Shown here: positions 21,516-31,289 of the stretch, in pieces
Layout: every line of letters begins with the position of its first letter
How positions within the stretch are numbered: the first letter of the stretch is position 1
NCBI GenBank assembly: GCA_031416075.1
Contig: JANOSY010000045.1
Location: 32,001 to 96,000 of the forward strand
Reading direction: 5' to 3'
Origin: Candidatus Tenderia sp.
GTDB lineage: Bacteria; Pseudomonadota; Gammaproteobacteria; Tenderiales; Tenderiaceae
Length of the DNA: 64,000 nucleotides
The notes under the pieces: generated by a model
Told to the model about the DNA's origin: nothing
Databases searched by the model: none
The model's input: only the letters and a program-made list of their open reading frames with translations
Translations under genes and position numbers: made by a program

Positions 21516-22083
21516 GAACTACAGCCGCCTCTTCAAAATGGCGCTGACGCACCCGCTCAGCGGGATTGCCACGATAGATCCAATTCTCATCACTATCCTT
21601 CTGCAACACGCTGCCGACTGTCAGCACACTGTTACGGCGGACACGGACACCGGGGCAGACCACACTGGCAGCACCGATCCACGCGCCATCCTCAATGACA
21701 ATCTCTTTGACAATCAGCGCAAATGCCGGATCGTTGTAGTTGTGATTGCCTGTCAGCAGATAGGAATTTTGTGAGAGGCAGACGTTATTGCCGATGCGCA
21801 CCGACGCCAGATTGTCGATCCAGACCCCCTCACCAATCCAGACATGGTCACCGATCTCAAGATGCCAAGGATACTTGATGTTGACGCGCGGCTTGATCAC
21901 TACACCCTTACCAATCTTGGCGCCAAAGGCACGCAATACCACGCACTTGGTTCTCGACTCAGGCCAGAGCCATGAGTTGATAAAAATCGCATTGACGCAG
22001 TACCACAACAGACGCTTGGTAGCGCCCGCGCCGGGATGATAGTGACGGTTATCGTACTGTGCCAGGTTCACCGGCATGGTCAT
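21508..22083 (-). CDS. WcaF-like polysaccharide acetyltransferase (LbH)
   Basis: LRAFGAKIG...IKYPWHLEIGDHVWIGE...LLTGNH. Start trimmed to MTMPVNL. Confidence 0.88.
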   Translation of the reverse strand: MTMPVNLAQYDNRHYHPGAGATKRLLWYCVNAIFINSWLWPESRTKCVVLRAFGAKIGKGVVIKPRVNIKYPWHLEIGDHVWIGEGVWIDNLASVRIGNNVCLSQNSYLLTGNHNYNDPAFALIVKEIVIEDGAWIGAASVVCPGVRVRRNSVLTVGSVLQKDSDENWIYRGNPAERVRQRHFEEAAVVHG

Positions 22084-22948
22084 CTCCGATCTTGTTGACG
22101 TCGCGCCGCTGACGCTCATGCTCAAACAGCTTGGCATCCACCAGAAAGCGATACCAGAACCCCTGCAGGAAGTGGAAAATAAGCCCTTCCTTGCCATCGA
22201 GAAAACCAAGACGGATGAAGTAGCGGTAGAGAAAATAGCAGAGCGGCCTGACAAATAGCGGTACCCGCGCATAGACGTTATCCTTCATCCAGCGCCGAGA
22301 CTGCGCCTGCGAACCGCCCAGGGATGCCGTCAACCGTTCACCGGTGCCAGTTTCTGAACGCTTGGCAAGCACATCCAGCACTTCACGGCTGGCGTATTTA
22401 TTGTGTTTGTCGGTCCAGAAGGTCAGGTCTTTGTTGTTCTTATCGATCAGGTCGGCATTGATCCTGATAGCGCGACCACTGTTGAGAACGATATGCTCAT
22501 CCATCCACAGCGCCTCGCAACGGCCAACCCCATTACGAAACACACGTAATAGCCAGGTAGGATAGTAACCACCATGTTTGATCCAGCGTCCCATGAAATA
22601 GACACGGCGGCGAAGATAGATTCCAGAGACCACTGGAGGAGCCTCTTCAAGATAGCTCTGGAGTTCTGTCACGAGTTCAGGGGTCAGCTCTTCGTCAGCG
22701 TCCATGCGCATGATCCACTCTGTCTGGAAATCGAAATGATCCAGCCCCCAGTTGAATTGATCCGCATAGGTAGTCCACTTGCGGCTCGCGACCTGGACAC
22801 CATAGCGCTGACATATCTCCACCGTATTATCATCGCTGCAGGAATCGACTACATAGATATCTCGCGTCAACGGCAACAATGATTCCACACACTTGGCGAT
22901 GTTCCGCTCCTCGTTGTGGGTAAGAATCAGCACGGAAACCCTGTTCAT
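22049..22948 (-). CDS. GT2 glycosyltransferase
   Basis: ILTHNEERNI, VDSCSDDNT, MDADE and LGFLDGKEG motifs. Confidence 0.9.
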   Translation of the reverse strand: MNRVSVLILTHNEERNIAKCVESLLPLTRDIYVVDSCSDDNTVEICQRYGVQVASRKWTTYADQFNWGLDHFDFQTEWIMRMDADEELTPELVTELQSYLEEAPPVVSGIYLRRRVYFMGRWIKHGGYYPTWLLRVFRNGVGRCEALWMDEHIVLNSGRAIRINADLIDKNNKDLTFWTDKHNKYASREVLDVLAKRSETGTGERLTASLGGSQAQSRRWMKDNVYARVPLFVRPLCYFLYRYFIRLGFLDGKEGLIFHFLQGFWYRFLVDAKLFEHERQRRDVNKIGDDHAGEPGTVR

Positions 22949-22994
22949 TTTCACAACAACCTTTTTGAATTCCATAACAACCATGCCACCCTGA

Positions 22995-23549
22995 TCAGCA
23001 GGGATTCCCCAACGGTGCGCCATACCTTGATGGTTGCTGCAACATCAATTCATGCTGCCTGATCCCTTCATCGTCGAAACGATAACGCAACACCCTGGCC
23101 GGAATACCGGTGACAATGGCGTAAGGCGGCACATCCCTGGTCACCACCGCACCTGCCCCTACAATCGCACCGTTACCGATAGTCACGCCACGCATGATGA
23201 TTGCGCCATGACCAATCAAAACATCGTGCCCTATATTCGTCACCACCGGCGCTGGTCTTCCCGAAAACCGGATAGGCACACCGGCAACATCGAAGCGATG
23301 ATCATTGCCAGTAACGACAACGTAAGATGAAAGACTGGTGTAGTTGCCGATTTTCACTTGTGGCGCAATCTCTACACAAGGACCAAGGTAGACGTAGTCG
23401 CCAGCCGCGAATCCAGGACCATGAATCACCACATCCCAGGCAACATGAAAGCCCTTGCCAACAGTGGCGCTACGGTAACGAGTTCGTAACAACAGCTGGA
23501 TGCGTATGGCCTTATAGAACTCGCGCAGATGATCAAGACCGGAATTCAT
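22995..23549 (-). CDS. CatB/LbH-family O-acetyltransferase
   Basis: IGHDVLIGHGAIIMRGVTIGNGAIVGAGAVVTRDVPPYAIVTGIPA; ATGA overlap with the upstream GT. Confidence 0.85.
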   Translation of the reverse strand: MNSGLDHLREFYKAIRIQLLLRTRYRSATVGKGFHVAWDVVIHGPGFAAGDYVYLGPCVEIAPQVKIGNYTSLSSYVVVTGNDHRFDVAGVPIRFSGRPAPVVTNIGHDVLIGHGAIIMRGVTIGNGAIVGAGAVVTRDVPPYAIVTGIPARVLRYRFDDEGIRQHELMLQQPSRYGAPLGNPC

Positions 23550-24712
23550 GGTCTGCCACGCGCCACTCTGGATGTTTCGCACACAGCCCGCACAAATGTC
23601 TCTACCTGACGGTGAGGATTATATTTTTCAAATATGACAGTTTTGCATGCGTCGGCCATGGCATTCCTGACAGAGACAGGAAATATTGCCTGCTCCATCT
23701 TTGCAGCCAAGTCTTCAACATCATCGTAACGGTAGAAAAATCCAGTCTTACCCTCAATCACCGCCTCCCACTCGGGGAAGTGGTGCTCAACACGATCATG
23801 GATTAATACCGGCGTGCCAAAGACCAGTGCGTGCATGATGGAGAGTCCAGCGCCTGACGGGATTACCGAAAGATCACTGGCGCCGACCACCAGCCCCAGG
23901 TAGCGTTCGTCATAACTCTCACCAAGGAAATGAACCAGATCGGCGATATTTAACCGGGCAGCGAGTTGTTCCAGATTGGAACGTTCACCGCCTTCACCCA
24001 CCAGCGCCACATGAACACGGCGGCCACGCTGCGCCAGCCGCGCCACCGCCTCCAGCAGCAGATCGAGACGTTTAACCGGCTGCAAGCGCCCGGTGAATAC
24101 CACCAGCCCCTCGCCCTGCGCAACCCCCAGTGAACTACGGAAAACGTTGATCTGATCATCACTCTGCTCCGCTGCAATCTCTCTCTGCGTATCAAAGTCC
24201 AGCGAGTTATAAACCACATAGAGCGAGTTCACATCAAACCCCTTACGCTGCAACAGATCGCGGGCATGTTCACCATAGAGCAGCTGTCCGGCGGCGAGGC
24301 GATACAAAGAGCGCCTTATCCACCACTTTGGCCCCTTCTCGTCACTCAACAAACCTTGCCCCCATAGCAACACTGGAATCCGCAACACTTTTCCAGTGAT
24401 CAGCAAGGCCCATGCAGTGAGTGAATAGGGTGAGCCAAGCGCTATTATTGCGTCAGGGCGCTCCCTCAGCATCATCTTCAATGCCTGTGGCTGCCAATAG
24501 AGTTCAGGAAGATATGGCAGGCGAATAATATAGGTCTGCGCATAGACGGCGCGGATGGCTCGGCCTTCATCGCCGCGCAACGTCTTAAGATAGGGTGTAT
24601 CCGGCTCTGGATCGGCCACCACCTTGAAATGGACATCATCGCGCTTGGATAACAACTCAAAAATGCGCGCTCGATAGTGAGGGATGCAGTTGTATTGAAT
24701 AATCGTGTTCAT
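23546..24712 (-). CDS. GT4 glycosyltransferase
   Basis: IPHYR, FTGRLQPVKRLD and GLSIMHALVFGTP motifs. Confidence 0.85.
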   Translation of the reverse strand: MNTIIQYNCIPHYRARIFELLSKRDDVHFKVVADPEPDTPYLKTLRGDEGRAIRAVYAQTYIIRLPYLPELYWQPQALKMMLRERPDAIIALGSPYSLTAWALLITGKVLRIPVLLWGQGLLSDEKGPKWWIRRSLYRLAAGQLLYGEHARDLLQRKGFDVNSLYVVYNSLDFDTQREIAAEQSDDQINVFRSSLGVAQGEGLVVFTGRLQPVKRLDLLLEAVARLAQRGRRVHVALVGEGGERSNLEQLAARLNIADLVHFLGESYDERYLGLVVGASDLSVIPSGAGLSIMHALVFGTPVLIHDRVEHHFPEWEAVIEGKTGFFYRYDDVEDLAAKMEQAIFPVSVRNAMADACKTVIFEKYNPHRQVETFVRAVCETSRVARGRP

Positions 24713-24818
24713 TGTTTTGGCTGAACCGTATCGACGGCAGTCAGTTCCCTCGTCAACTAAAGAAACGCCCATGACCATCAACATCGCCACCCGCGACAGT
24801 CACAGACATAAACTCGAT

Positions 24819-24852
24819 ATTCTCTAACAAAGGGGTTACGGTTTTGTGACCA
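24819..24852 (-). promoter_or_regulatory. PhoB/OmpR-type direct-repeat box plus -10
   Basis: TGGTCAC-AAAA-CCGTAAC, 10 bp, GAGAAT. Confidence 0.45.
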
Positions 24853-24904
24853 TGCGGTTGTTAATCAACGGCTGAACTCGTTGAATAATGCAATCACCTG
24901 CCCT

Positions 24905-25819
24905 TTACTGGCGCGCCTGATTTTGTCTCTTCAAAAAGCTCTTGGTAACCTTCCACCATGGCGCCTCGTTGTTCCATTTCGCAGGTTTTCCATCACCCCA
25001 GCCGCCCCAGATGACGATTCCATCGGCATAACGCCGCACCGTTTCCAGCTCCATTCGCCAATAGTCATCACCAATATAGCGCCCGCCGAGCAGCAGGTTG
25101 GAGTCATGAAATTGCGGCCATAAAAAGACGTATACGGGTTTGCCATAAGATTTAGCCGCCTTGATTTGTGAAATGGCCATGCGGCGCCAACCTTCCTGGT
25201 CGGTATAGAACGTATACAATGACGGGAACAGCACATCGACCTCCGCCGCGAGCGGCGCAATAGCCTCGTTTTCGGATTGCCACTGCTTGAAGGAGGAACT
25301 CGCCGGATCATTTATCGCGCGCCAATAATCCACTACTGGTAATACTCCATAGTAGCCCAAGCGGTAATTTTTTCCGGTGGCGCGAAAGCGTCGTATCACC
25401 TCAGTATATTTCTCAAGGTTGCGCGCTACTTCATCTCCATCACCGTTGAGAGGCCAATGCTCTATATCAATGCATATGACCGTGGCATCGGCAGCGATTT
25501 GCGCCACGGCAGCCCGGATTGTTGCGTCATCAGGCACTCTGTGAAGATCTTTGGCACCCTTCCATAGCTCTGCCTGATAGATCACAGGCAGCGGTCGCAG
25601 GCCATAAGAAGATAGGTCTGGTTTGCCGCTAAATAGAGTCGCGTCGAACACTGGTATCCCACCTGATACGGGCGACGGGCTCAAATAGCCACCGCCACTC
25701 TTTTCCATGCCAGCACCAACTGCCGACATGGCGAACGCCGCCTGTAAGAACACACACATAGCCAGCCAGAAAGCAAGGCGGCCATTATTTATGTTGGATT
25801 TTATTGAATACTGAATCAT
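24905..25819 (-). CDS. Secreted glycoside-hydrolase-like protein (GH56/hyaluronidase-like), paralog 2
   Basis: ICIDIEHWP, LGYYGVLP, WQSENEAI, LFPSLY and ADGIVIWG; colinear with 19375-20277. Confidence 0.55.
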   Translation of the reverse strand: MIQYSIKSNINNGRLAFWLAMCVFLQAAFAMSAVGAGMEKSGGGYLSPSPVSGGIPVFDATLFSGKPDLSSYGLRPLPVIYQAELWKGAKDLHRVPDDATIRAAVAQIAADATVICIDIEHWPLNGDGDEVARNLEKYTEVIRRFRATGKNYRLGYYGVLPVVDYWRAINDPASSSFKQWQSENEAIAPLAAEVDVLFPSLYTFYTDQEGWRRMAISQIKAAKSYGKPVYVFLWPQFHDSNLLLGGRYIGDDYWRMELETVRRYADGIVIWGGWGDGKPAKWNNEAPWWKVTKSFLKRQNQARQ

Positions 25820-25830
25820 GGCTTATGTAG

Positions 25831-27114
25831 TTAACTCTTATCATCACTGATATCATAGCTGGCCCCAACGTCATGCGCCAGCCTGATATCTGGAAGAACA
25901 GCCCTCGTCTCACCCTTCACGCCATGCTGTATCTCAACATGCCGGGTTCCCGCCGCAACGCGCGGAAAAAGAATGGCCATAAGAAACAGCAAGGAAGTTG
26001 GATTTCCAAAATTAAGCAGATATCGTTCGAATAGCGCCAGCACCATATATCCCATGGCCAGCCCGAGTAGCACGGCCTGCACCCGCAGCCACTGTTCATC
26101 ACCCTGCCTACGCAGTAAATTCACTATCCCGGCAACAATCAAGGCCATGACACAGACAAACCCCATGAATCCTATTTCTGCGAGAGTGGCAAGATAACCG
26201 TTGTGAGCCGAGGTGTTGGTTTTGAGCAGCCCCTCATGGGCGCGTAGTCCGACTCCTGTCAACGGGTGGTCCAAGGCGAGATCCCAGACCTCCTCCCAAG
26301 TTTGCACCCGCCCTGCCGCGCCCGACTGAATCCCTCTGTGTTTATCATTGATCGCGAAGTATTGATCAACATGCTTGGCTGCCTCCGGCACCGCCAACAC
26401 CAGTGCCGAGACCGTGCCTGCCAGAATGACTGACGCCAGCACCATTTGTACTGCCCCTTTCCTGCCTTGCAGCAAAACAAATACTATCGTGAACGCCATG
26501 AGCACCGCGACCGCAGATGAACGCGATCCGGTCAGATAAATAATTACAGCGCCGGGGGCAATCAGCGCATAGCGCATCGGGCGATTGGAAAATATACATG
26601 CAGCCACCACCACGGACATCGTGACCAACGAAATTGCATTCGGATTGAGAGGCCCCTTTAGTTGACCGAGACGTGCCCCTGGCACATAGCTGTACCACGC
26701 CAGACCGATCAGCAGCGGCAGCATGGCAAGAACGTAGATACGCAGACCTTTCGCATATGCGTCAGCATCCAGGCGCGCGGAAAAATTGACCGCGATGTAG
26801 ATTCCGGCAAGATTCAAAACCCAGTAACCCAGCGACGTATAGATAGCTGGACTCACAAATACCGATATGCCGCTGAACACGACAATCCCGCCAATCATCG
26901 TAATGCGCAAGGGGGTGTTCCTGTTGACAACCCTTGTCTGCCCCAAAAGCAGAAAGTAGATAAGCGGCCATGAGAGCGCCAATCCAAGCGCAATGAGCGG
27001 GGCAAGCGACGGCGACTCTTCACGGCTGATCAGACTTGCGGCAAACAACCCCGCCAGCCAGCACCCAAAAATCGTGGCGATACCTCTTGGCGCCCTTGTC
27101 ACGACCTCATTCAC
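25831..27114 (-). CDS. O-antigen ligase/Wzy polymerase-family membrane protein
   Basis: About 10 TM segments; NPN, TGSRS and HNGYLATLAEIG (Wzy_C) motifs. Confidence 0.85.
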   Translation of the reverse strand: MNEVVTRAPRGIATIFGCWLAGLFAASLISREESPSLAPLIALGLALSWPLIYFLLLGQTRVVNRNTPLRITMIGGIVVFSGISVFVSPAIYTSLGYWVLNLAGIYIAVNFSARLDADAYAKGLRIYVLAMLPLLIGLAWYSYVPGARLGQLKGPLNPNAISLVTMSVVVAACIFSNRPMRYALIAPGAVIIYLTGSRSSAVAVLMAFTIVFVLLQGRKGAVQMVLASVILAGTVSALVLAVPEAAKHVDQYFAINDKHRGIQSGAAGRVQTWEEVWDLALDHPLTGVGLRAHEGLLKTNTSAHNGYLATLAEIGFMGFVCVMALIVAGIVNLLRRQGDEQWLRVQAVLLGLAMGYMVLALFERYLLNFGNPTSLLFLMAILFPRVAAGTRHVEIQHGVKGETRAVLPDIRLAHDVGASYDISDDKS

Positions 27115-28456
27115 GGCGCAGCTTCCATACCAATACGGAAATCATCAATAACGTGGCAACAGCCGATGCAACCACAATGGATGCCGCGAGTCCAACAACC
27201 CCGTAAACCGGAGCCACTAGCCATGCCAACGCCAGCAACACAACCACGCTTACAAGATTTCCGATCACCGGCGTTACATAATCGGCAATCGAATAAAACC
27301 CGTACATTACAAGACGTGTAATGGCAATGAATGGAAGGCTTGCGCACAACACCGCCAGTATCTCGCCAGTTTTCTCCGCCGCCTGGACTGAAAACGCCCC
27401 GCCGACAAAGACGAGAGCGATCAGTTCCTGGGAAAACAGTGCGAGAAGCGTTGCCACAACGGTAGAAAACACCAGCAACAGTGCCGCATATTTCAGCAGC
27501 AATCGCGCGCCAGCCGCGCGGTCCGTGGAAAGGATTTCGGCCAGTTTCGGATATACAACGGTGAGCAACGGCATCACAACCAGCGCCAATGGCACCAGCA
27601 TGAACGAGGAGGCGTAGTAAAAAGCGGATATGGTGCCTGTTTCGAAATGTGACGCGATACTGCGCTGCGCCAATCCATAAACCTGAAATAACAGCTCGCC
27701 CGCCAGAACAATGATCACCGCCACCCAGAATGGCCGGAGAATCTGGGGACTCATCCCTCGCCAGGAGAGGCGCAACACACCCTTTTTCACCAACAAAAAG
27801 GCATACCACGCCAACAGCACGGCATTTCCGGTGATGATCCCTATTACAAGCGCATATATCCCTACCGAGCGGGAGAAGAGCACCATCGACAGGATACTGG
27901 ATAGTGAGATAACCGCTCCGCCGATGATCCCAGGCATGAATATCCGCTGGGTGTTAAGAACGCCGCGCAGCAAACCGGCGACGCTCGAAAACAGTATTCC
28001 GATGACAAGCCCCTGCATGATTCTCATGGCGGTTCCAGAGTGGGATTCGCTCAAATCAGGAAACAGCAGCCTGAAGCCATCATCAAAAAAGGCGATCACG
28101 ATTGCAACCGCAACGGTCATCATAAGCGCCACTTGAGCTATAACCAAGGCTACTAACTTCCGGCGGTCATCAATATCGGGGATGCGTTCCCATTTGCTGA
28201 TGACCGTCATTTCCAGTGTATTGCCGACCTGCAACCCCAGAAACATGTAAATTCCGAATACAGCAATGAAAACGTCCAGCTCCTGGCTGACACCAAATTG
28301 ACGTGCCACAAAGATTTCGCGCAGGAATCCGAATACCAGAACTATCCCGCTAAGAAACGAAAGCCACGAGAGAGATCTGAGTCGCCTTAACAGCGTGCTA
28401 AAGCCTGGGTTCTTTATCACGTCAACCGCACTCAATTGAGGATTCGATGAGATCAC
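27107..28456 (-). CDS. MurJ/MviN-like MOP flippase
   Basis: FGFLREIFVARQFGVSQELDVF, TVVYPKLA and FYSIADYVTP match MurJ-type patterns. Confidence 0.78.
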   Translation of the reverse strand: MISSNPQLSAVDVIKNPGFSTLLRRLRSLSWLSFLSGIVLVFGFLREIFVARQFGVSQELDVFIAVFGIYMFLGLQVGNTLEMTVISKWERIPDIDDRRKLVALVIAQVALMMTVAVAIVIAFFDDGFRLLFPDLSESHSGTAMRIMQGLVIGILFSSVAGLLRGVLNTQRIFMPGIIGGAVISLSSILSMVLFSRSVGIYALVIGIITGNAVLLAWYAFLLVKKGVLRLSWRGMSPQILRPFWVAVIIVLAGELLFQVYGLAQRSIASHFETGTISAFYYASSFMLVPLALVVMPLLTVVYPKLAEILSTDRAAGARLLLKYAALLLVFSTVVATLLALFSQELIALVFVGGAFSVQAAEKTGEILAVLCASLPFIAITRLVMYGFYSIADYVTPVIGNLVSVVVLLALAWLVAPVYGVVGLAASIVVASAVATLLMISVLVWKLRRE

Positions 28457-28484
28457 ATTTCTGTCTCACACCAATATTCATTAC

Positions 28485-30413
28485 TCATGATTCACTCATC
28501 TGTCGGCACCAGTTCTCAAGGACCAGCGTCTTGCCGGCAACCAGTGCCGGCAACCCCATGGGATTGGGATTTAGCCGCTGGCGCTCACGCCTTGCGGCTT
28601 CAGGAGTTATAACGCCATGCTGCACCAGATAGCCGTCCAGCAGCTGATCTCCGTAAGCATCCGAAAGCGCCTTGTTCCAGGGACGCCACGGTGGAGAGAA
28701 GCCGCGCTTGCGCCTTGCCATGACAAAATCGGGAACGATGCCTTGCACCGCCTCCCTCAGCCATTTTTTAGGATGCGCGCTGGCCATGCCAGGGTGCACC
28801 TTGCTCAATCCAACGACCGTTTCCACAAACCTGTAATCCACAAAAGGCAGGCGCAACTCCACTGACGCGGCCATGCTCAGGCGGTCACCTTGAGCAATCC
28901 CGTTTTCCATGAGATAGGTTTCACAAATCAGGCGCATCAACATCACTTCCGGCAACGAATCCGGATCTGAACTGACAAACCCGGAGGTGAGATCATCCTC
29001 CAGCATTTGCTCCGAGAAACGGCGTGTATACAACCCGCGATGAACCTTTTGTTCGGCATCGCGGAAGCCATGCTCGCTCTCATAAAACACTGCGCGCCCG
29101 GCGGCGGAGGTCAGATCCGATTCATATTGTTGCCATCCAGTGCGTAAGCCGCCCAGCGTTCCCAGCCATTGCAGACCAAGGGTGTATGAGAAAGGCGGTG
29201 GAGTGGGTTTCAGGTAATCGAACATCCCTATCTTCCCGCCATTACGTAAAACCCACTTGCGCCGGGTGGCAGCCAACGCCTCCCGCACCCAGCGATAGCC
29301 CCAGAAGAGTTCATCACCCCCCTGCCCCATTAGCATTACCGGAACACCCTGCTCACGGGCGGCCTGCATTACAGCGTAGTACCCAACACCGGCGATATCG
29401 GCGATGGGATCATCACGGAAATAGTTGACCTTCTGGAATTGCGTCACCAGATCAGCAGTCGACAACTCGATTTCATGAAATGGCATATTCAGGTGTTTGG
29501 CGAGTTCACGTGCCTGACTGCGCTCATCCTGCAATGGCGACCCTGCATAACCCACCGTGAATGCCTGCATCGTGCCTGGATATTTTCTAGCCGCCAACGT
29601 AGCGACGATGCTGGAATCGAGGCCGCCGCTGAGCGCCACTCCGATGGGCACATCCGAACGGATGATAAGGTCGCTGATGCGATCAAGCTCCTCCCTGATC
29701 GCGGTGACCGGATCAGTTTCGATGGGTGGAGCATCTTCGATACGCCAGTAAGGACGCTCATGAAATTGCCAGCTATCCAGATCAATGCTGAGAAGGTGGG
29801 CAGCAGGCAGCTTCCGCACGCCACGCAATGCGGTTCTAGGCTCGGGAATGTAGCCGTAATGGTAATAGAGATTTACAGAATGCGGATCGAGTTCAAAAGG
29901 CACGACGCCAACACGCACCAGCGCCTTAAGCTCAGAGGCGAATACTAGCTGTCCATCGCTACTTGCGATGTAGAGAGGTTTTTCCCCCATTCGATCCCGT
30001 GCAATCAGTAAACGACGTCTCTTGGTATCCCACAGCGCGAAGGCGTACATCCCGCGCAGGTGGACCACGCATTGATCGCCATACTCCTCGTAGAGATGCA
30101 GGATGGTCTCGCAGTCGCTACCCGTAGCGAACCTGTGCCCCGATGCCTCAAGGCGCTGGCGCAACTCGATGAAATTGTATATCTCGCCATTCGCTACCAG
30201 AACCAGACTACGATCTTCGTTATAAAGAGGCTGCCATCCGGTCGTCAAATCAATGATGCTGAGCCGCCGCATTGCCAGGGCAACATGGTGATCATGATAA
30301 TGCCCTTCGCCGTCCGGACCCCGGTGATATAACAACCCATTTAACCGTCCCAGCATCTCGATATGCCCAGACTGAAGTGCATCTCTTGTGATAATTCCAG
30401 CAATTCCGCACAT
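28485..30413 (-). CDS. asnB: Glutamine-hydrolysing asparagine synthetase-type amidotransferase
   Basis: MCGIAG, HRGPD, RRLSIID, NGEIYN, LSGGLDSS and GGDELF motifs. Confidence 0.92.
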   Translation of the reverse strand: MCGIAGIITRDALQSGHIEMLGRLNGLLYHRGPDGEGHYHDHHVALAMRRLSIIDLTTGWQPLYNEDRSLVLVANGEIYNFIELRQRLEASGHRFATGSDCETILHLYEEYGDQCVVHLRGMYAFALWDTKRRRLLIARDRMGEKPLYIASSDGQLVFASELKALVRVGVVPFELDPHSVNLYYHYGYIPEPRTALRGVRKLPAAHLLSIDLDSWQFHERPYWRIEDAPPIETDPVTAIREELDRISDLIIRSDVPIGVALSGGLDSSIVATLAARKYPGTMQAFTVGYAGSPLQDERSQARELAKHLNMPFHEIELSTADLVTQFQKVNYFRDDPIADIAGVGYYAVMQAAREQGVPVMLMGQGGDELFWGYRWVREALAATRRKWVLRNGGKIGMFDYLKPTPPPFSYTLGLQWLGTLGGLRTGWQQYESDLTSAAGRAVFYESEHGFRDAEQKVHRGLYTRRFSEQMLEDDLTSGFVSSDPDSLPEVMLMRLICETYLMENGIAQGDRLSMAASVELRLPFVDYRFVETVVGLSKVHPGMASAHPKKWLREAVQGIVPDFVMARRKRGFSPPWRPWNKALSDAYGDQLLDGYLVQHGVITPEAARRERQRLNPNPMGLPALVAGKTLVLENWCRQMSES

Positions 30414-30491
30414 TGTATTTAAAACCGCCTAGTAATGCTGCTATCAACCGCAATGGTGCTTGAAGAAACAAACGCCATCTTGACGTAAATT

Positions 30492-31289
30492 TTACAAATC
30501 CATATTTTGCGAATGATTTAATACAGTACCTATCACATTTACACTCTTGAGCATCTCCATCGCCCGCTGCAGATCGGCCTTGCGCGTTTTACCTTCACGG
30601 GCGACCAGCAGCGCTGCATCTATATAAGGTGAAAATGCCAGCAGATCATCCCTGACCAGAAGTGGCGGCAGATCGAATATCACCAGACGCTCTGGATAGC
30701 GCGCCTTCAGCTCCTCGGCCAGCTTCTGCATCGGCGGGGAGCTGAGCAGTTCGGAAGAGCTGGAAAATGAGTTGCGGCAGGGAAGTACTACCAGGCGTTC
30801 GATCCCTGGGTTGAACAACGCCTCCTGCACAGGAACATTATCCAGCAGACAGTCATCAATACCGATTGCTGGATTAAAACCGAGGTAGTTGGCCACGCTG
30901 GGGCGCCTCATGTCGAGGTCGACAAGCAGCACTGTATGATTGACATCACGCGCCAGACTGATGGCGAGATTGATTGCGGTCAGTGTCCTGCCCTCGCCCT
31001 CCCTTGGACTGGTAATCGCCAATGACTTCCAGTTGTTTTCCCGCATACGATGCAGGATCTGGGTACGGAGCAGCTTGTATGCCGCTGTTTTTTCATCTAT
31101 GCCGCCAGCGTGGATTACTTTGTTCTTTTCCAGAACAGCACTATCAAGCTCCACAACACGGGTTTTTGAATAGAGTATGCTCATGCCCTGTTCCGACATG
31201 CTGCTATTGAATCGCTCGTCGCGCCAGCCATTGTCACTGCTATTATTAACCGCCAGATTTTTCATATAAAATCCTCTATGCCATTCCAA
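30492..31289 (-). CDS. CpsD/CapB-like BY-kinase ATPase domain with atypical Walker A
   Basis: AYKLLRT, TSPREGEGRT (Walker A), LLVDLDMRRP (A') and IFDLPP (Walker B). Confidence 0.85.
   Translation of the reverse strand: MEWHRGFYMKNLAVNNSSDNGWRDERFNSSMSEQGMSILYSKTRVVELDSAVLEKNKVIHAGGIDEKTAAYKLLRTQILHRMRENNWKSLAITSPREGEGRTLTAINLAISLARDVNHTVLLVDLDMRRPSVANYLGFNPAIGIDDCLLDNVPVQEALFNPGIERLVVLPCRNSFSSSSELLSSPPMQKLAEELKARYPERLVIFDLPPLLVRDDLLAFSPYIDAALLVAREGKTRKADLQRAMEMLKSVNVIGTVLNHSQNMDL

Noticed and set aside
21508-22272. Long N-terminal extension of the WcaF-like ORF
   Set aside because: Overlaps the GT2 3' end by ~200 bp; homology begins at MTMPVNL.
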